A model generated the notes under the pieces. It ran no database searches, was not told where the DNA came from, and worked only from the letters and a program-made list of their open reading frames with translations. 64,000 nucleotides of DNA from Basidiobolus meristosporus CBS 931.73 (taxonomy: Eukaryota; Fungi; Basidiobolomycota). Location: the NCBI GenBank assembly GCA_002104905.1, contig MCFE01000019.1, positions 1 to 64,000 of the forward strand. The letters run 5' to 3'. The stretch's first letter is position 1. Each line of letters begins with the position of its first letter. Positions 36,350 through 48,356 of the stretch are shown here, piece by piece. A program made the translations under genes and the position numbers.

Positions 36350-36703
36350 ATGCTGTTGCAGCATTCGCAATCTATCTCTTCACAATTCGACCAAAGATGT
36401 AGAGAATTGCTGATTAATTTACCTCTCAACCCTTACGTCGAAAATGACAACGATGGAACTGCTGTTGATAAAAATGGAGTACAGCATGCTTCCCAGGAGC
36501 CAGGAACGAACCAAAGGGTGACAAGTCGCCAGAAGTGGAACAGTCATGTAGGCAGGGCTGAGGGAATAGAATCTGTCCAAAGGAGTCAACCACGTATCAA
36601 AAGCGCTGCAGAAATTGCCTACCATCGTTCCCTTGCTGTTCGTTACGAGCAAGTATTGTTGCGGTACATACTTCTACGTGAAAGAAATCTTAGGTGGAGG
36701 TAG
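36350..36703 (+). CDS. Hypothetical small protein with a helical basic C-terminus
   Basis: ATG-initiated frame of ~117 codons with protein-like composition and an amphipathic segment AEIAYHRSLAVRYEQVLLRYILLRE. No family recognised. Confidence 0.4.
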   Translation: MLLQHSQSISSQFDQRCRELLINLPLNPYVENDNDGTAVDKNGVQHASQEPGTNQRVTSRQKWNSHVGRAEGIESVQRSQPRIKSAAEIAYHRSLAVRYEQVLLRYILLRERNLRWR

Positions 36704-37376
36704 TATTTAACAATCCTTACACCCGTGTATCATACATCCTACGGCTCTGAATCTACCATATACAGATTCTGATTTTCTGCACCTAACATTCCGGCCCATC
36801 CAAATCACCTGGCTATATCATATTGTACACTATTCCTCGTTAAATACATCATTTTGTCACTTCTGTCCTGATGAGGATCCCCATACTAATACTGATTGAA
36901 TGCCAACATAGCTTCGTGAGTCATTGAATCCACAATAAGGATTAAAAGTCATATTGATGAACGGTTATCAATAAACTTTTAGATAGAAAGGGATGACTTA
37001 GGGATTAAGTGGAATGGGATTCACAAAATTAGTCATTCATTAGTAAAGCATGGTTACGGCGCGAGTGACTAACGATTGCTCCAAACCCGCTTTTCCTGGG
37101 CAACATCATTTGAGGTGCCTCTCCATCTCCAGCATACTACCAGGTAGCAATGGTAGTGCCATGAATACATACTCTCACCATTCAACATGCCAGCGGTAAG
37201 TAAAAGCGCCCATATTTTATGTAGAATTTGAATGATATTCCCATCAGTTCTATATTGAGGTTGGATGGCTGCATGTGGTTGGTAAAATGATGACAACAAG
37301 CGATATGAACAGTGCTTGGCTGGGATAATAGGCTTAAATTATTTATTGACTAAAGCACCTATTTGTAGGGTGATGA

Positions 37377-38126
37377 TCAGAGCTCTTGCTTGATGTCAGC
37401 CGGTGGCTGATTATCGTCTGTCTCGGGAATCATTGTTGAGGGAGCTTCGACACATTTGGATCCTTCTCTATAGCAACCGGGTGGGCATTTACCGTCTTCT
37501 TTGTACTGCCATTCGAACCAAGGATTAGTGACTTCAGCCAGAACCCCTTCCACTACTTCCAGGTCGGTGAAATAGTCACTATTCAGCTGCTTAGCGATTT
37601 CAGAGTACTTCAAAGGAATATGGGTGAATCCAGTCTTCGAAAAGATTTCCATTGGTGAAGAGATGACTAATCGGCCAATACGAGACCCTATTTAAGCATG
37701 AATCATTAGAAGACGTATAAAACAAAAGATGACAAAGAAGCAATTACATAGTATAGCTGTTGAACACATGGGGCAAGGTTCACCTGTGGTATACAGGGTC
37801 AACTCTTTCCAAAAGGTAGCATTGTTGCCTTGGTCTGGGTAAATGGCGGCACAATTCTCAATTGCCTTAGTTTCGCCATGCCAAGTAGGGGATTGGCTGA
37901 CTGTATTTACACCATAACATAGCACTTCTCCTGTCTTCTTACGAACGATGGATGCTCCAAAAGGCTGCTCCAAACATTTTCCGACGGAAAGAGTGTAGTC
38001 AATAGTGCGCTGCATATATTCAAAGTCATCTTCATCAGGCTGGCCAATGTGAACTGAGTTGACAGCCCCCACAAGGAAAAGAAATGTGGTTGCTAAAGTG
38101 AATCCCGCTCGAAAATAGAATCTCAT
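37377..38126 (-). CDS. Zinc-dependent cytidine/guanine deaminase-fold protein with a signal peptide (intron 37747-37688)
   Basis: PFGASIV, WHGETKAIENC (HxE), LYTTGEPCPMCSTAI (PCxxC). Hydrophobic N-terminus MRFYFRAGFTLATTFLFLVGAVNS. C-terminus CPPGCYREGSKC...KQEL. Confidence 0.9.
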
Positions 38127-38422
38127 GATGTGAAGTGCAGGCTGGTAAAGCGGGCTATATATATTAGTAAAATGTGTCATCTCCGTAGAAAGATCAATCA
38201 GTAATCAAGAATATTAGAAAATGCCATCTGCCATCAGCCATCCTTATTGGATGTAGAATGGGATATAATCCTAGCATATCCAAGGTGGCACAGATGAAGT
38301 CATCTGTGACTTTTTTTAGTTGATTTTAGGTGTGGTTGTCATTTGTTAATCCTATTGGACTGGGAAGGAGAGGGGGTTTGGAACAAAAAAGAATTCACTG
38401 GTTTACGTTTCTTGGATAGTAT

Positions 38423-40244
38423 TCATTTGAATACGATGCTTTCGATGGCTTCTTTTATAAGCCCAGGGGAAATTCCTCCCCTTGTGGAGGAGGACAATGG
38501 CAACACTCGCAATTTTCGTAATCTTTTACAATTAGCCATTAATTGCCAAAATGCTCTGTTGGAAAGCTCGGGGGAATTACGAAACTCTAGACCACTAATG
38601 GTCATATAGCAACAATGTGCAATGGAGCTCAGTTCTACATCAAGCAGAGGCCAATGGGGGATACTAAGGAAGCGTAAACGGTGCCCATGCTTTCGAAGGA
38701 ATTCCAGTATAGCCGAACTCACTGGACGTATATCTCCGTCGGAAGATATTAACAACTCCTCTAGAACTTTGCAGTGCTCACTGATAGCCTGCAATGTCTT
38801 TCTTGTCTGGCGACTATTTTGTATGTCAGCAATGCCTAAATGCCGTAAGTTGTTTCCGCATTCTTTTAGAATAGCCACCACAGTAGCATCGGTGATGCTA
38901 GTGGAGCTGATATCAAGGTGACGCAGTTGGGTGCAATTCTGGGCTATCAACATACCGATCTTATCGTCCACTGTGAAATTCATGTCTAATCTCAAGACCT
39001 GAACATTGCTTTCGCAACTCAGTATCTTTCCCCAGAGAGTGGTGTCGAAATTTGGCATTCTGTCTAAACCAGAAAGATTAAGTTCTTTGATATTCATAAG
39101 ATCAACAGGGTTGTCCAGTTCCATTAGGCCTGGTGCAATGCAGTCATTTCCAGACAAGTCTAGCTTCTCCAAGGATTTCCCTTGTGTTATCAATCTGGCA
39201 ATTGCCATATCTGCATTGCGTGTTCTCTGTGATACTCCACACATATTCATCTCTACTAGTCTATCAGCCAGTTTGTCGAATGAATCAGTGCTTAGGGTGC
39301 AACCAGCAAAATTCAGCTTCTCAATACGCGGGCAAGAGGTAAAGAGTGTTTCTACAAACTCCTCGGTGATATTTTCTCTGGGAATGGCTAGAGACTTCAG
39401 GTATGGAGTGTGCAGTAATAAAGCACATAAAATTTCGATTCCAGGTCGAGGGCCATAGAATTTCATGGTGCGAAGGGCCCCTAGCGTAGGCAGCTCCTCC
39501 ACCATTTCAACCAGCCTCTTTCCCAAGAAAGAGTTTGCGTAATTTTGCCGAAGTAGAACTAGCTCTTCGAGGTTGGGGGCATTCTTGAGTACGGCGATTA
39601 GGTTTCTTAATCCAGTTGTAGGGTCCATGGTAGTATCGTAGTATTCATAATATCTCAAATTTTTGATAATATCTCTAGGTACAGTCGGACACTCTAAACC
39701 AGAGGAAAGCTTAGGCAAGCGAATGGACGTCAGGTTTGGTAGAGACTCCAAGAGTAGCCCTATTCTAGTATTTGTCCAAAAATCCCATTGATAAATAGTG
39801 AGATCTAATGACAGTACCAATTCGGCTACATTTCACATAATATTTAGTCAATACTATACCAAACACAATATTACAACACAAACCTTTCTCAGAGTAAGCA
39901 ACAGTTCTCTCAAAACTTTCCAGTGCATTTTCAGAGAAAAATACTGGAGATTTCCATAACTCGTAAGTAGCCACCTTGTTCCACTCTCTATTGACCAGTG
40001 AGCAAGCCCAGTAATCACCCTGATTCTCGAAGAAAGAAAATACTGAGAGCAGAACAGTGTCTGGAAGAAAGAGCGTATATTTGCTAGCTTTGGAAACCAG
40101 CGAGAGCTGGGATTTTATACTTTTTATAGTCGCCGCTACTTTAGCGGCTAAGGGACCTGTTGCATCTTGTGGCTGCTCTCGAAGCAAGTTGGCTAGCACT
40201 CTATCAACCTTGCTGAGCCAGGCATTTGTTTGGCTGGATTGCAT
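38423..40244 (-). CDS. F-box / RNI-like leucine-rich repeat protein (2 exons)
   Basis: F-box LPDTVLLSVFSFF...WACSLVNREWNKVATYELWKSP, followed by many LxxLxL repeats (LRHLDISSTSITD, LEKLDLSGN). Confidence 0.9.
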
Positions 40245-40792
40245 ATGGACGAAAGAGAGCCAGATAGACGATATAAAAGGTGATAAAAATGACTTTGGAG
40301 GGAATATTGATATCTTCTCAGAATGAAGAGTATAGTTGCCAAATAGGTGATAGATGGAGTCATGGTGAGGATTAAGAATGTGGGAAGATTTTGCACATTG
40401 CGGATACTGTGTGCAACAAATCAATGGCTTAATTCAGGACTGCCATCAGTTTATCGGTACTGCTGAATTGAATTACGTATATCAATTCTACAAACGATAA
40501 TTCGCAGTGAGCATGGCCGAACGAAATCGCATAAACACTGTGAGGCGAATGCACTAGTAAGAACATCATAAGATTTGATCGCTGACCAATTCTGGCCATA
40601 TTGAAATGGTATTCGAATTGGATGGCGCATGCACTCAATGGACAATTAGCATGAAGCCAAGCTAGTACAGGCCAACTATTAGGTGCATCTTTTTTAACAA
40701 ACGACTCTCGATTTATTACGAGCCACTTTGGCATCGGCTAAATTTAGATAGCAGCAAGCAACAGCAATAGCATATGACAGACCAGCATTGGC

Positions 40793-41792
40793 TCATTCTT
40801 GCTTACGCTCATTCATATACTTCAGATAATTCTTATTCGTCCCATGCCAGAAGTCAAGAACTATCGAGTCAAGTTAGATGAATAATTGAATGGGGCAGGG
40901 CTGTAGGAAAACTTACATCCTAATACACCAAAGTTATTATTGAACTGTTGGTGATGGAAATCATGCGCGAGCGGGCTTGGCATTCCTGGGAGAGCAAAAC
41001 CACAATGAGAGTTGACTGCATTCATTATTCCAAGTACTAGCCAAATCCACACTGTGATCATATGAGAGTTCATGATCAACGGCCCAGCAAGAAGGGGTAT
41101 CATATTGGACAAAAGATGCTCCACAGGATGTGCGTAAATAGCTAGAAACAACAGATTGTCAATTTCTCAAGATCGGAATGCCAAGCTGATAATCTCATGT
41201 TACCTGCGATTCCGATTGGTGCAGTAAATTCATGATGTTTCTTGTGGATATATTTGTAGAGCTTTGGATAGTGAAGTAGCCTATGTCCATAGTAAAATCC
41301 AAACTCCTCAACCACAGAGAAGACCATCAGGTCGGCGATGAACTCGACGAAAGTCGGCGGCTTGGTAGCAATCTCGAGACCTCGCATACGGAATAGGGGA
41401 TAGATCGCCATTGCAAATGGAATGTTGACGAGAAATTGATTTGATAAGACGTTTCTAGCGGCCTTGTAATACCACTCTGTCGTGGGCTTTTTTTCAGGCT
41501 GAACTTTATATTTCCAGAACATTGCTGGAAACTGATATAAATCCAGCACACCTAGTAGCAAAACATATATCCAATAGACCGAGGTAGTGAGAGCAAATGA
41601 AATCCATATGAACATTGTCTTTTCACTAAAATTATCACACAACATACTCCAGACTTCCGGCCCCTTCCATTGCAACATGATCCATATCAGAGAAAAGTAC
41701 AGCACATAAAACATACTATCTCTTAACCCATACGCGATTGGATTTAAGAAGAGCACGGTCGATACCAACGGTAGCTCCTTCGTTTTAGTCAT
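40793..41792 (-). CDS. Fatty acid hydroxylase superfamily protein (FAXDC2 / sterol C4-methyl oxidase-like; 3 exons)
   Basis: His boxes [26 protein letters not shown] and HDFHH, plus NFGVLG|VLDFWHGTN. The last exon ends TGA at 40793. Confidence 0.92.
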
Positions 41793-43244
41793 AGCTCCTC
41801 TCGGAAAATCGCTAGTTGTGAAAGAATGATTTTAACTTTGGAATGCAACTGGGTGACGAAATACTAAAGATTGACGAGGGATCAGAGTATACGTAGATTT
41901 AGCTAGCGTATATGTGAATGCAAGAATAATGATAGTTTACAACGAGGCATCGCATTTATAAGCGCCAGTAGAACTACGACAGTAGGTCACAAGCCAGCAA
42001 GCGAAGTCCCTCAATTGTGCAAATGAGGGAAGAGTGTGATGGATTCTATGTTGAATTGATCCTAATTTTGATGCAATGCATAACAGATGCCAGCCCTACC
42101 CTTTCAAGAAAGATGTGGGAAAAAGAGCTGACTGATGAAAATCATATGCCAAAGTACGCATTTTCACACACCCAGAAACCCACTTCCTCGCTCACCTGAC
42201 TGGACTCCAATAACTGACCTTTACCGGGTTAAGTGGAATTCATCACCAAACCTTGGCTCAGCCATTCGACCAGTTCAACGTAGGTTCGAGTCCAATTGAA
42301 TTCGGCAGATGAATGACTCAAGCCTGGCTCAGGGTGAAACCTCGCAGGGAGGTAAACTCCGGCTTTTACAGAATTGCAAGAGTGAAGATCTTCTTTAGAA
42401 TCCTAACAAATGAGCAACAATCAAGCCAGCATAAAATACTCTCAAATACCGCGTGCAATAGTTGAGACGCCACCTTCCTTTTGCAGCTGTGCCATGTCAG
42501 GTTGCCCCTTTAGCACTTGAGCGTATTTGCAACATGCCGGGATATCTTTGGCGGGGTAATGGCCTATGGCATGGGTGCTGACTGCCTGTACATCCAATCT
42601 ATTGCCAGACTTCTCATGGGTCAATAAAATCTAGTGTAATGCCTTGAGTATGCAACAAAAGCCTGGCCTCGGGCACACAAGCCAAGGAATGCACGTCATC
42701 CCACGAAGTTGGATGAATACTAGCGATTACTGAAGCTTCCTTTGGGGACACAACTGTATAGTATGGTTTTGGACAAATGCATATAATTACTAAGAATCGG
42801 AGAGATCCAAGCCAGTCAACCAACACGAGTGATCACAAAATCAAGAAGTGAGAATCAGGTGTAGCTAGTAGCTAGCTAAATCCTGAAAATCGAATTTGTG
42901 ACATCGTAGCGATTGCAGTCGATCCCAGTGAAAGCCTAGTTTCGCGCTATTTTCTACCCTCGATTTCCTGACAGTGAAGCCAAGAAAGGTTTGGTTGTTA
43001 GGAACTAGAAGTATTGGGAATGGTCTAAACACTAAGGTATGCTTTCATCCTACGTGGGGCTGCATTAGGAAAATAGCCCAGTTTTACCTCGAAATGTTAT
43101 TCATTTGCTCAAAATCATTGGATACTATCTCATGTGAATCAAGCGCTTGTTTGATCCGAATGAAATCAGCCATCACAAAACACATAGGCTAGTAAATTGA
43201 ATCGTATCATCCTGGCGACACCGCTCCCTTCCTTTACAGTTAAT

Positions 43245-44303
43245 ATGTCTGATGATTTCTTACCTAGACGCAATCCAACCCCAAACGCTCCTTCTTCACT
43301 AAACAAAGAGCGTGCTTCTTGGGAAGAGCTTAGAAAGCAGGCTCGACTTATTGAAAATGACATTGATCACAAGTTGCTAACTTTCATGGAGTTGGCCAAG
43401 GCCAACAAGAAGTCCACTGCAGTTGAATCTCAAGATGGAGAGAATAGGAATCTGCACGCGGCAGAGGAGAATATAGAAGCACTGCTAGACAAGGTATTTT
43501 CATAGCTGGCACATTTCTTCAAATCAATCTACTCATAGTGCTTTCAAAGCTCTCAAATATTGTTTCTACTATGGATACTATAGTTAATGAAACTGAGCAG
43601 AGCTTGATAAATCCATCAATGCTTCATCTGCTACAAAGACATAGAGACATTCTGTACGATTATAACAAGGAATTCAAGAAAACCCAGGTAGATGCTACTT
43701 TGATACTCTTGCGCAACTCAGACTTCTCAACCCCTTGAACAGGCAAATGTAGAGGCAGCCAGAAAGCACCAAGAACTTCTAGGCGGCTCGAGGTATGAAG
43801 TAACATCCTTGTTATGGTTGACCAGATATGTGCTAACCCTTGAATACCTCTCTTTGTCAATATAGTGGTACTCGACAGCATAACGACGAGTTCGATCAAT
43901 TATTAGCAGAGCGCGACCGTATTGACAACTCCAGTACCATGATTGATATGACCTTGGAGTAATGAAATTTTCATTTTGCATACAAGCTTAAATTAGCTTT
44001 ACCACTGACTTTTGAACCGTTCTAGACAAGCCTACAGTACTCAAGAAAGTTTAATTCAACAAAAGGGAATCCTCGCCAACGCTAAGCAACGAATGTCTTC
44101 AGTAACCAGTAAGCAATTGTTTAAAATGCTCGCTTGAATATTTAATTTGAAATTGAAACTCATCGTTCCTTTTGGTTATAGACCAATTACCAGGTATTAA
44201 CTCCCTCATTGGCAGAATCGGACGCCGCAAACGCAGAGATACCATTATTTTATCAATCGTTATCGCAGTGTGTCTCTTCCTTTTGCTAATGTATATATTT
44301 TAA
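43245..44303 (+). CDS. GOS1: Golgi Qb-SNARE Gos1/GOSR1, multi-exon
   Basis: SWEELRKQARLIENDIDHKL, HLLQRHRDILYDYNKEF, ERDRIDNSSTMID, LPGINSLIGRIGRRKRRDTIILSIVIAVCLFLLLMYIF-stop. Confidence 0.93.
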
Positions 44304-44554
44304 GCATCGAACGTACTTGTTAGTCTAAATCCTTCAATTCACATAAATGTAAAAGCAACAAGAAAATTTTGTCCACCTCCCTGGCCCATGTTGTGTATTT
44401 GCGATCTGAATTGCTGAGTAATTGTACAATTGACATTTAATTAATGTAAGATCGTGTAACACAACTGATGACAAAGAATTTTTTTACCCATATTCAAAAA
44501 TGGCGCTGCGGCCGAGGCCGAGGCATTCTCCTCACACCTTTCATATTTCTTGAC

Positions 44555-45094
44555 ATGGGCGTAATTGAGGCACTTGAAAAAGATGTCACTCCTTTCGTAA
44601 CCCAAGTGCTTCATACACTACATGGCCATGGAATCGACGTCAGCGAGAATATGATGGACCATGTTTGTTACAGAGTGGAAAGTCTTTCTGAATATGAGGA
44701 ATGCAAACTTGAACTAAGCAGTAAAGGCTGCCTTCTAATCGAGAACAACATCGGGGGTAGACCTATTGCCACCTTTAAATTAAACAACCCTATCTTGGTC
44801 ACCGATCCCATTTCGAAGCAAGTTCGTGAAGTAAGAGTTATTGAGCTACCTTCTCCAAAGACAGGGAGCTTCTACAAAACTGGCTTGGAACATGTGGAAT
44901 TCGTCATTGCCGATAGTTTTGAACATTTTATCTCCAAGCATGAGAAGCTATCGTTTTCCACCAAGGGCTCTTTCAAACCTGTCAACCCCGAGATAAGTTT
45001 GAAATTTAAGGAACTTGGGTTTTCTGTCAAGTTCCATCATATGCCACTTGAACAAGTTATTGAGCTAGAGAAGGCCGCTGAAGTTGTAGGGTAG
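44555..45094 (+). CDS. YecM-like (DUF991) VOC/glyoxalase-fold metalloprotein, intronless
   Basis: DHVCYRVES, GCLLIENNIGGRPIATFKL, IELPSPK, GLEHVEFVI, SVKFHHMPLEQVIELEK match bacterial YecM. ATG 44555 is preferred over the upstream ORF start. Confidence 0.88.
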   Translation: MGVIEALEKDVTPFVTQVLHTLHGHGIDVSENMMDHVCYRVESLSEYEECKLELSSKGCLLIENNIGGRPIATFKLNNPILVTDPISKQVREVRVIELPSPKTGSFYKTGLEHVEFVIADSFEHFISKHEKLSFSTKGSFKPVNPEISLKFKELGFSVKFHHMPLEQVIELEKAAEVVG

Positions 45095-45407
45095 ACAGTG
45101 TCCGCGAACTCCGCAAATAAATATTGATGGCTACCATGCGCATTACATCAATGAAATGCATACATGAATTTTATTGGTTTTTGGTAGAATACGGGCTAAC
45201 GCAAGGTGTGTCCTGTCTTGTCAAGGCCACTGTAGGCTCCATAGGTCAAGCATCTTAGCCAATCCTCTACTTACTGAAAGTAGCCATGAAGGGCCAACCA
45301 TACTTGCCAGAGCATAGACAGTTTCCGTACCGATCTCCCAACATGCTTGGATGTACAAGCAATTGAGTGGGAAGTGGGCATATGATTACTCAAACCCGAA
45401 GATCGAT

Positions 45408-46379
45408 CTAGCCACAGTTTACGGGTTCCGGCAAGCCAAGTGTTGTATCTAACGAGAGAATACTTCCATTTAAGGATTCAGATGAACTGTTTTTCCTTGG
45501 GTGCCCCCCACCAGAGAGCCTCCCAGTTCGCAAATTGTACGTCAGGGTAACGGACTCGGATTCAACGAAACAAAGATCAAATGTCCCAAGGTGAAACAAG
45601 ATACGCCACACAGCTATTGGATGGCTCTGAAAGATAGGCGCCATGTTGAGCTTGCATTCCATCAAGGTGGCGGCTCTACTGTATTGTAGAAGAGATACAG
45701 TATGCAGCTTAAAGGAAAGTCAGACAACCGATAATGAACTCTGAGAAGAAATATCCATACCTCAGCGCGCTTTGCGTCGTACAAAGCCAACAGGTATTTC
45801 GTCTGATCAATGGCTGTCAAATCATAAACATCGTTGAAAATCAGGACGGGGGTATGCGTTTTCAATGCTGCGTTGATTTGGCAAATATGTTCAAGGTAGA
45901 TTTCGGTTGTATTTACAACAAAGTTGGCAACTATTAAGAGGATTCGATTGTCGTTCAGTTGGTAGACATTTATTACCCGCTGACTTTCCAAGCATAAGTC
46001 TAATGGCATAGATATGATCTTCTCTGGCTGAAAGAGATCATCGCAAACGAACTGTCGACGGCCGCTACTTGACGGTATGATTATCGGCTGTGAAAATATC
46101 AAAAGAGGGGCACAGTGAACTCTGGGTGCCTCAACCAGGTCTATGAAAGTTGCTACAGAATAATATTCATGTGAGTCACGAAAATACTCGCACTCAGTTG
46201 ACTGATAACTAACCATTATTACTGAGGATATGGTTCTTGTCAGCTTCGGGTAAGAGAGCCACACTTAAAGGTTCATCTCTTGGGAAGGCCATTAGTCTAA
46301 GCATTTTTGAGTGTGTGAGGATGTATACTGATTCTCCAAGAGAATATATACTTGGGAGGCCCGCGGTCTGGCCTCCCAT
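45408..46379 (-). pseudogene. Truncated spliced gene or pseudogene fragment, possibly of a large fungal vWA/GTPase-type protein family
   Basis: Two GT..AG introns join frames into ~280 codons (...INVYQLNDNRILLIV...TEIYLE...YLLALYDAKRAE|LHTV...FDLCFVESES...YNLRTGR). Upstream frames to ~47.5 kb are broken by stops. The family link is from memory only. Confidence 0.4.
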
Positions 46380-47636
46380 TCATCGTAGTATCTCGATTGT
46401 GATACCTGATACAATGGACAGCCAAACGTTTACTTTTTAATCACTTCATTGATGCGTGCGTACTCCTGAAAAACGCATACAAATCCAGCATCGCTAGCAT
46501 ATCTGTTAGTCATCAACTTACCATCCCTTCAACCGAGGGGTCATTGGAAAGGCATTGATCTTGATGATATTGCCAGAGGTCACCATCACCATCAATCATC
46601 AAAAATCTGAATGATCATGTGCGTTTATGGCTCTAGATCCCAACCCATCTCTAAAAAGATGGTGTCTAAGAGAAAACGAGGGGAAATCTACATTATTGGT
46701 GGCGTTTTTGTATAAGTCGGTGTTGCGAAGCCTGGATACGATTGTGTGACCAGCTTTGAGCATGGCTGGATTTCATTCTAAACGGAGATTTGAAGAGCTT
46801 GGTTACATCTAGATCTCGGCCCGGATTTGTACCATCCTGAATCAACACTATTTGTGGGATCCCCCTCTGATTGTGGCCAGGATTTCTCAGATACTTCGGA
46901 GCGTATATATTAGCATGGATGAAAACTCTAGGGGATGCCGCTTGCCAGATTTGTTAAGAGCGCTATGCATGCAGATCTTCCAACAACATTTCTTATTACT
47001 CAATCATAAAAGGTTTCTCTCATATCAAAGCGAGTGAATCTCGGCAAACCGGGTAGCCGCAGTTTGGCCGGTAAGCTCATGTTTATCCTAAGCTGTTGAC
47101 TAGGGCTGCCTAAACCAGCGCCTCAACTTATGTCTGGATGTTGACGAGCAAATACCACATTATGGACATTTTTGCGCTCCTACAAACTCGATGTGAATCA
47201 GACTGTGCGTTTTGGGATTGATTTAGATAGGGGTTGATGGTCATCTATTTCCATATCCGTAAGTATATACATTATGTGAAAATAAACTTGGTCGCCAATT
47301 TCTGTTCCTTGAAGGATCACTTGTTGAATACATGGTACTTTATACAAGAAGCCGTGTGCACTATCGTATTTCAAGCCTCGAGTCCATTAGCTACGAAGAG
47401 ATAATACCGGATCGTATTGAAATGTTGGCAGTTGGCTCATCAAAAGATGTGCTGACTTTCACTCATGCGCGAACACTTGCGCTAGGGTCAGCATTCATGT
47501 ATGCTACGATTCTCCAGACATTTATTTTGATATAATCGGTAGAGTATACAACTGGATATTTAACACGAATTGCTCAATTATGTACATGTTAGGTAAGATA
47601 TTTGCAAACTGATGAATGATGATGGCCGCTTATAAT

Positions 47637-48356
47637 TCATGAAGCAGTCAATAGTGTCCCAGGAGTTGTCGGCATTGAAACTGGAATCAATGACGATCTA
47701 CGTCGAGCAGGAAGCATCTTGGCTACTTTGCGGAAGAATGACGGCTTCGAGTCACAGGCTAGAAACTGTAGCGAGCACTCAAAAATGAATGGAGTCACCC
47801 ACCTCTCACCATCAATCGGTTCGAGATCATCCCTATGGACAGGAGGAGTTTTGGCAACCTCATACGCAATTGCCCATCGCTCCTCAGGGGCTCTTCCGGG
47901 GACGACAGAGAAGAAAACACCCGGTTTTTTTATAGGAAGGCACCGGCTAGCCCACACATTAGGGCTATCATACGGAGATAGTGTAATATTAGCAATTCTG
48001 GGGTTTTCTAACAGTATCCCGTAAAAACAACGACGGGTCTTCAGACTTTTCACGCGGTACCGAACTTTGGAGGAGGAAAGGTCAACAGAGGAGAAAGCAA
48101 ATTCCACCTGAAACTTCCATTTGCTCTCTTGCTCGAAAGTTAAAGAGACTGAGGTGTCCTTTAGTTTCTTTTTAATATGACTCTGAGCAAAGCTAAACCA
48201 TTCTTTGCAGCAGAAACGCGCAGTAATCAGGGACCCGAGGTCAAGGAAGCTCAATATGTGGCCAACAACCTCAGGTGGGAAATCAGTGATGTTAGCTTGC
48301 CATGATGGCAGCTTTTTAGCTGAAGGGTTGGTGGAATGAAAATATGGAGTTAGCAT
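47637..48356 (-). CDS. F-box protein, intronless
   Basis: ITDFPPEVVGHILSFLDLGSLITARFCCKEWFSFA is a clear F-box. The C-terminal beta-rich region was not recognised. Confidence 0.82.
   Translation of the reverse strand: MLTPYFHSTNPSAKKLPSWQANITDFPPEVVGHILSFLDLGSLITARFCCKEWFSFAQSHIKKKLKDTSVSLTFEQESKWKFQVEFAFSSVDLSSSKVRYRVKSLKTRRCFYGILLENPRIANITLSPYDSPNVWASRCLPIKKPGVFFSVVPGRAPEERWAIAYEVAKTPPVHRDDLEPIDGERWVTPFIFECSLQFLACDSKPSFFRKVAKMLPARRRSSLIPVSMPTTPGTLLTAS

Noticed and set aside
42270-42310. GGTTCGAGTCC, resembling a tRNA T-loop
   Set aside because: The flanks do not form a proper 5-bp T stem or acceptor stem, and I see no D arm or anticodon arm.
46354-46377. GC-rich hairpin (GGGAGGCC...GGCCTCCC) as a possible Helitron 3' end
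   Set aside because: There is no CTRR terminus at the expected spacing, and it overlaps the apparent coding frame of the truncated gene.
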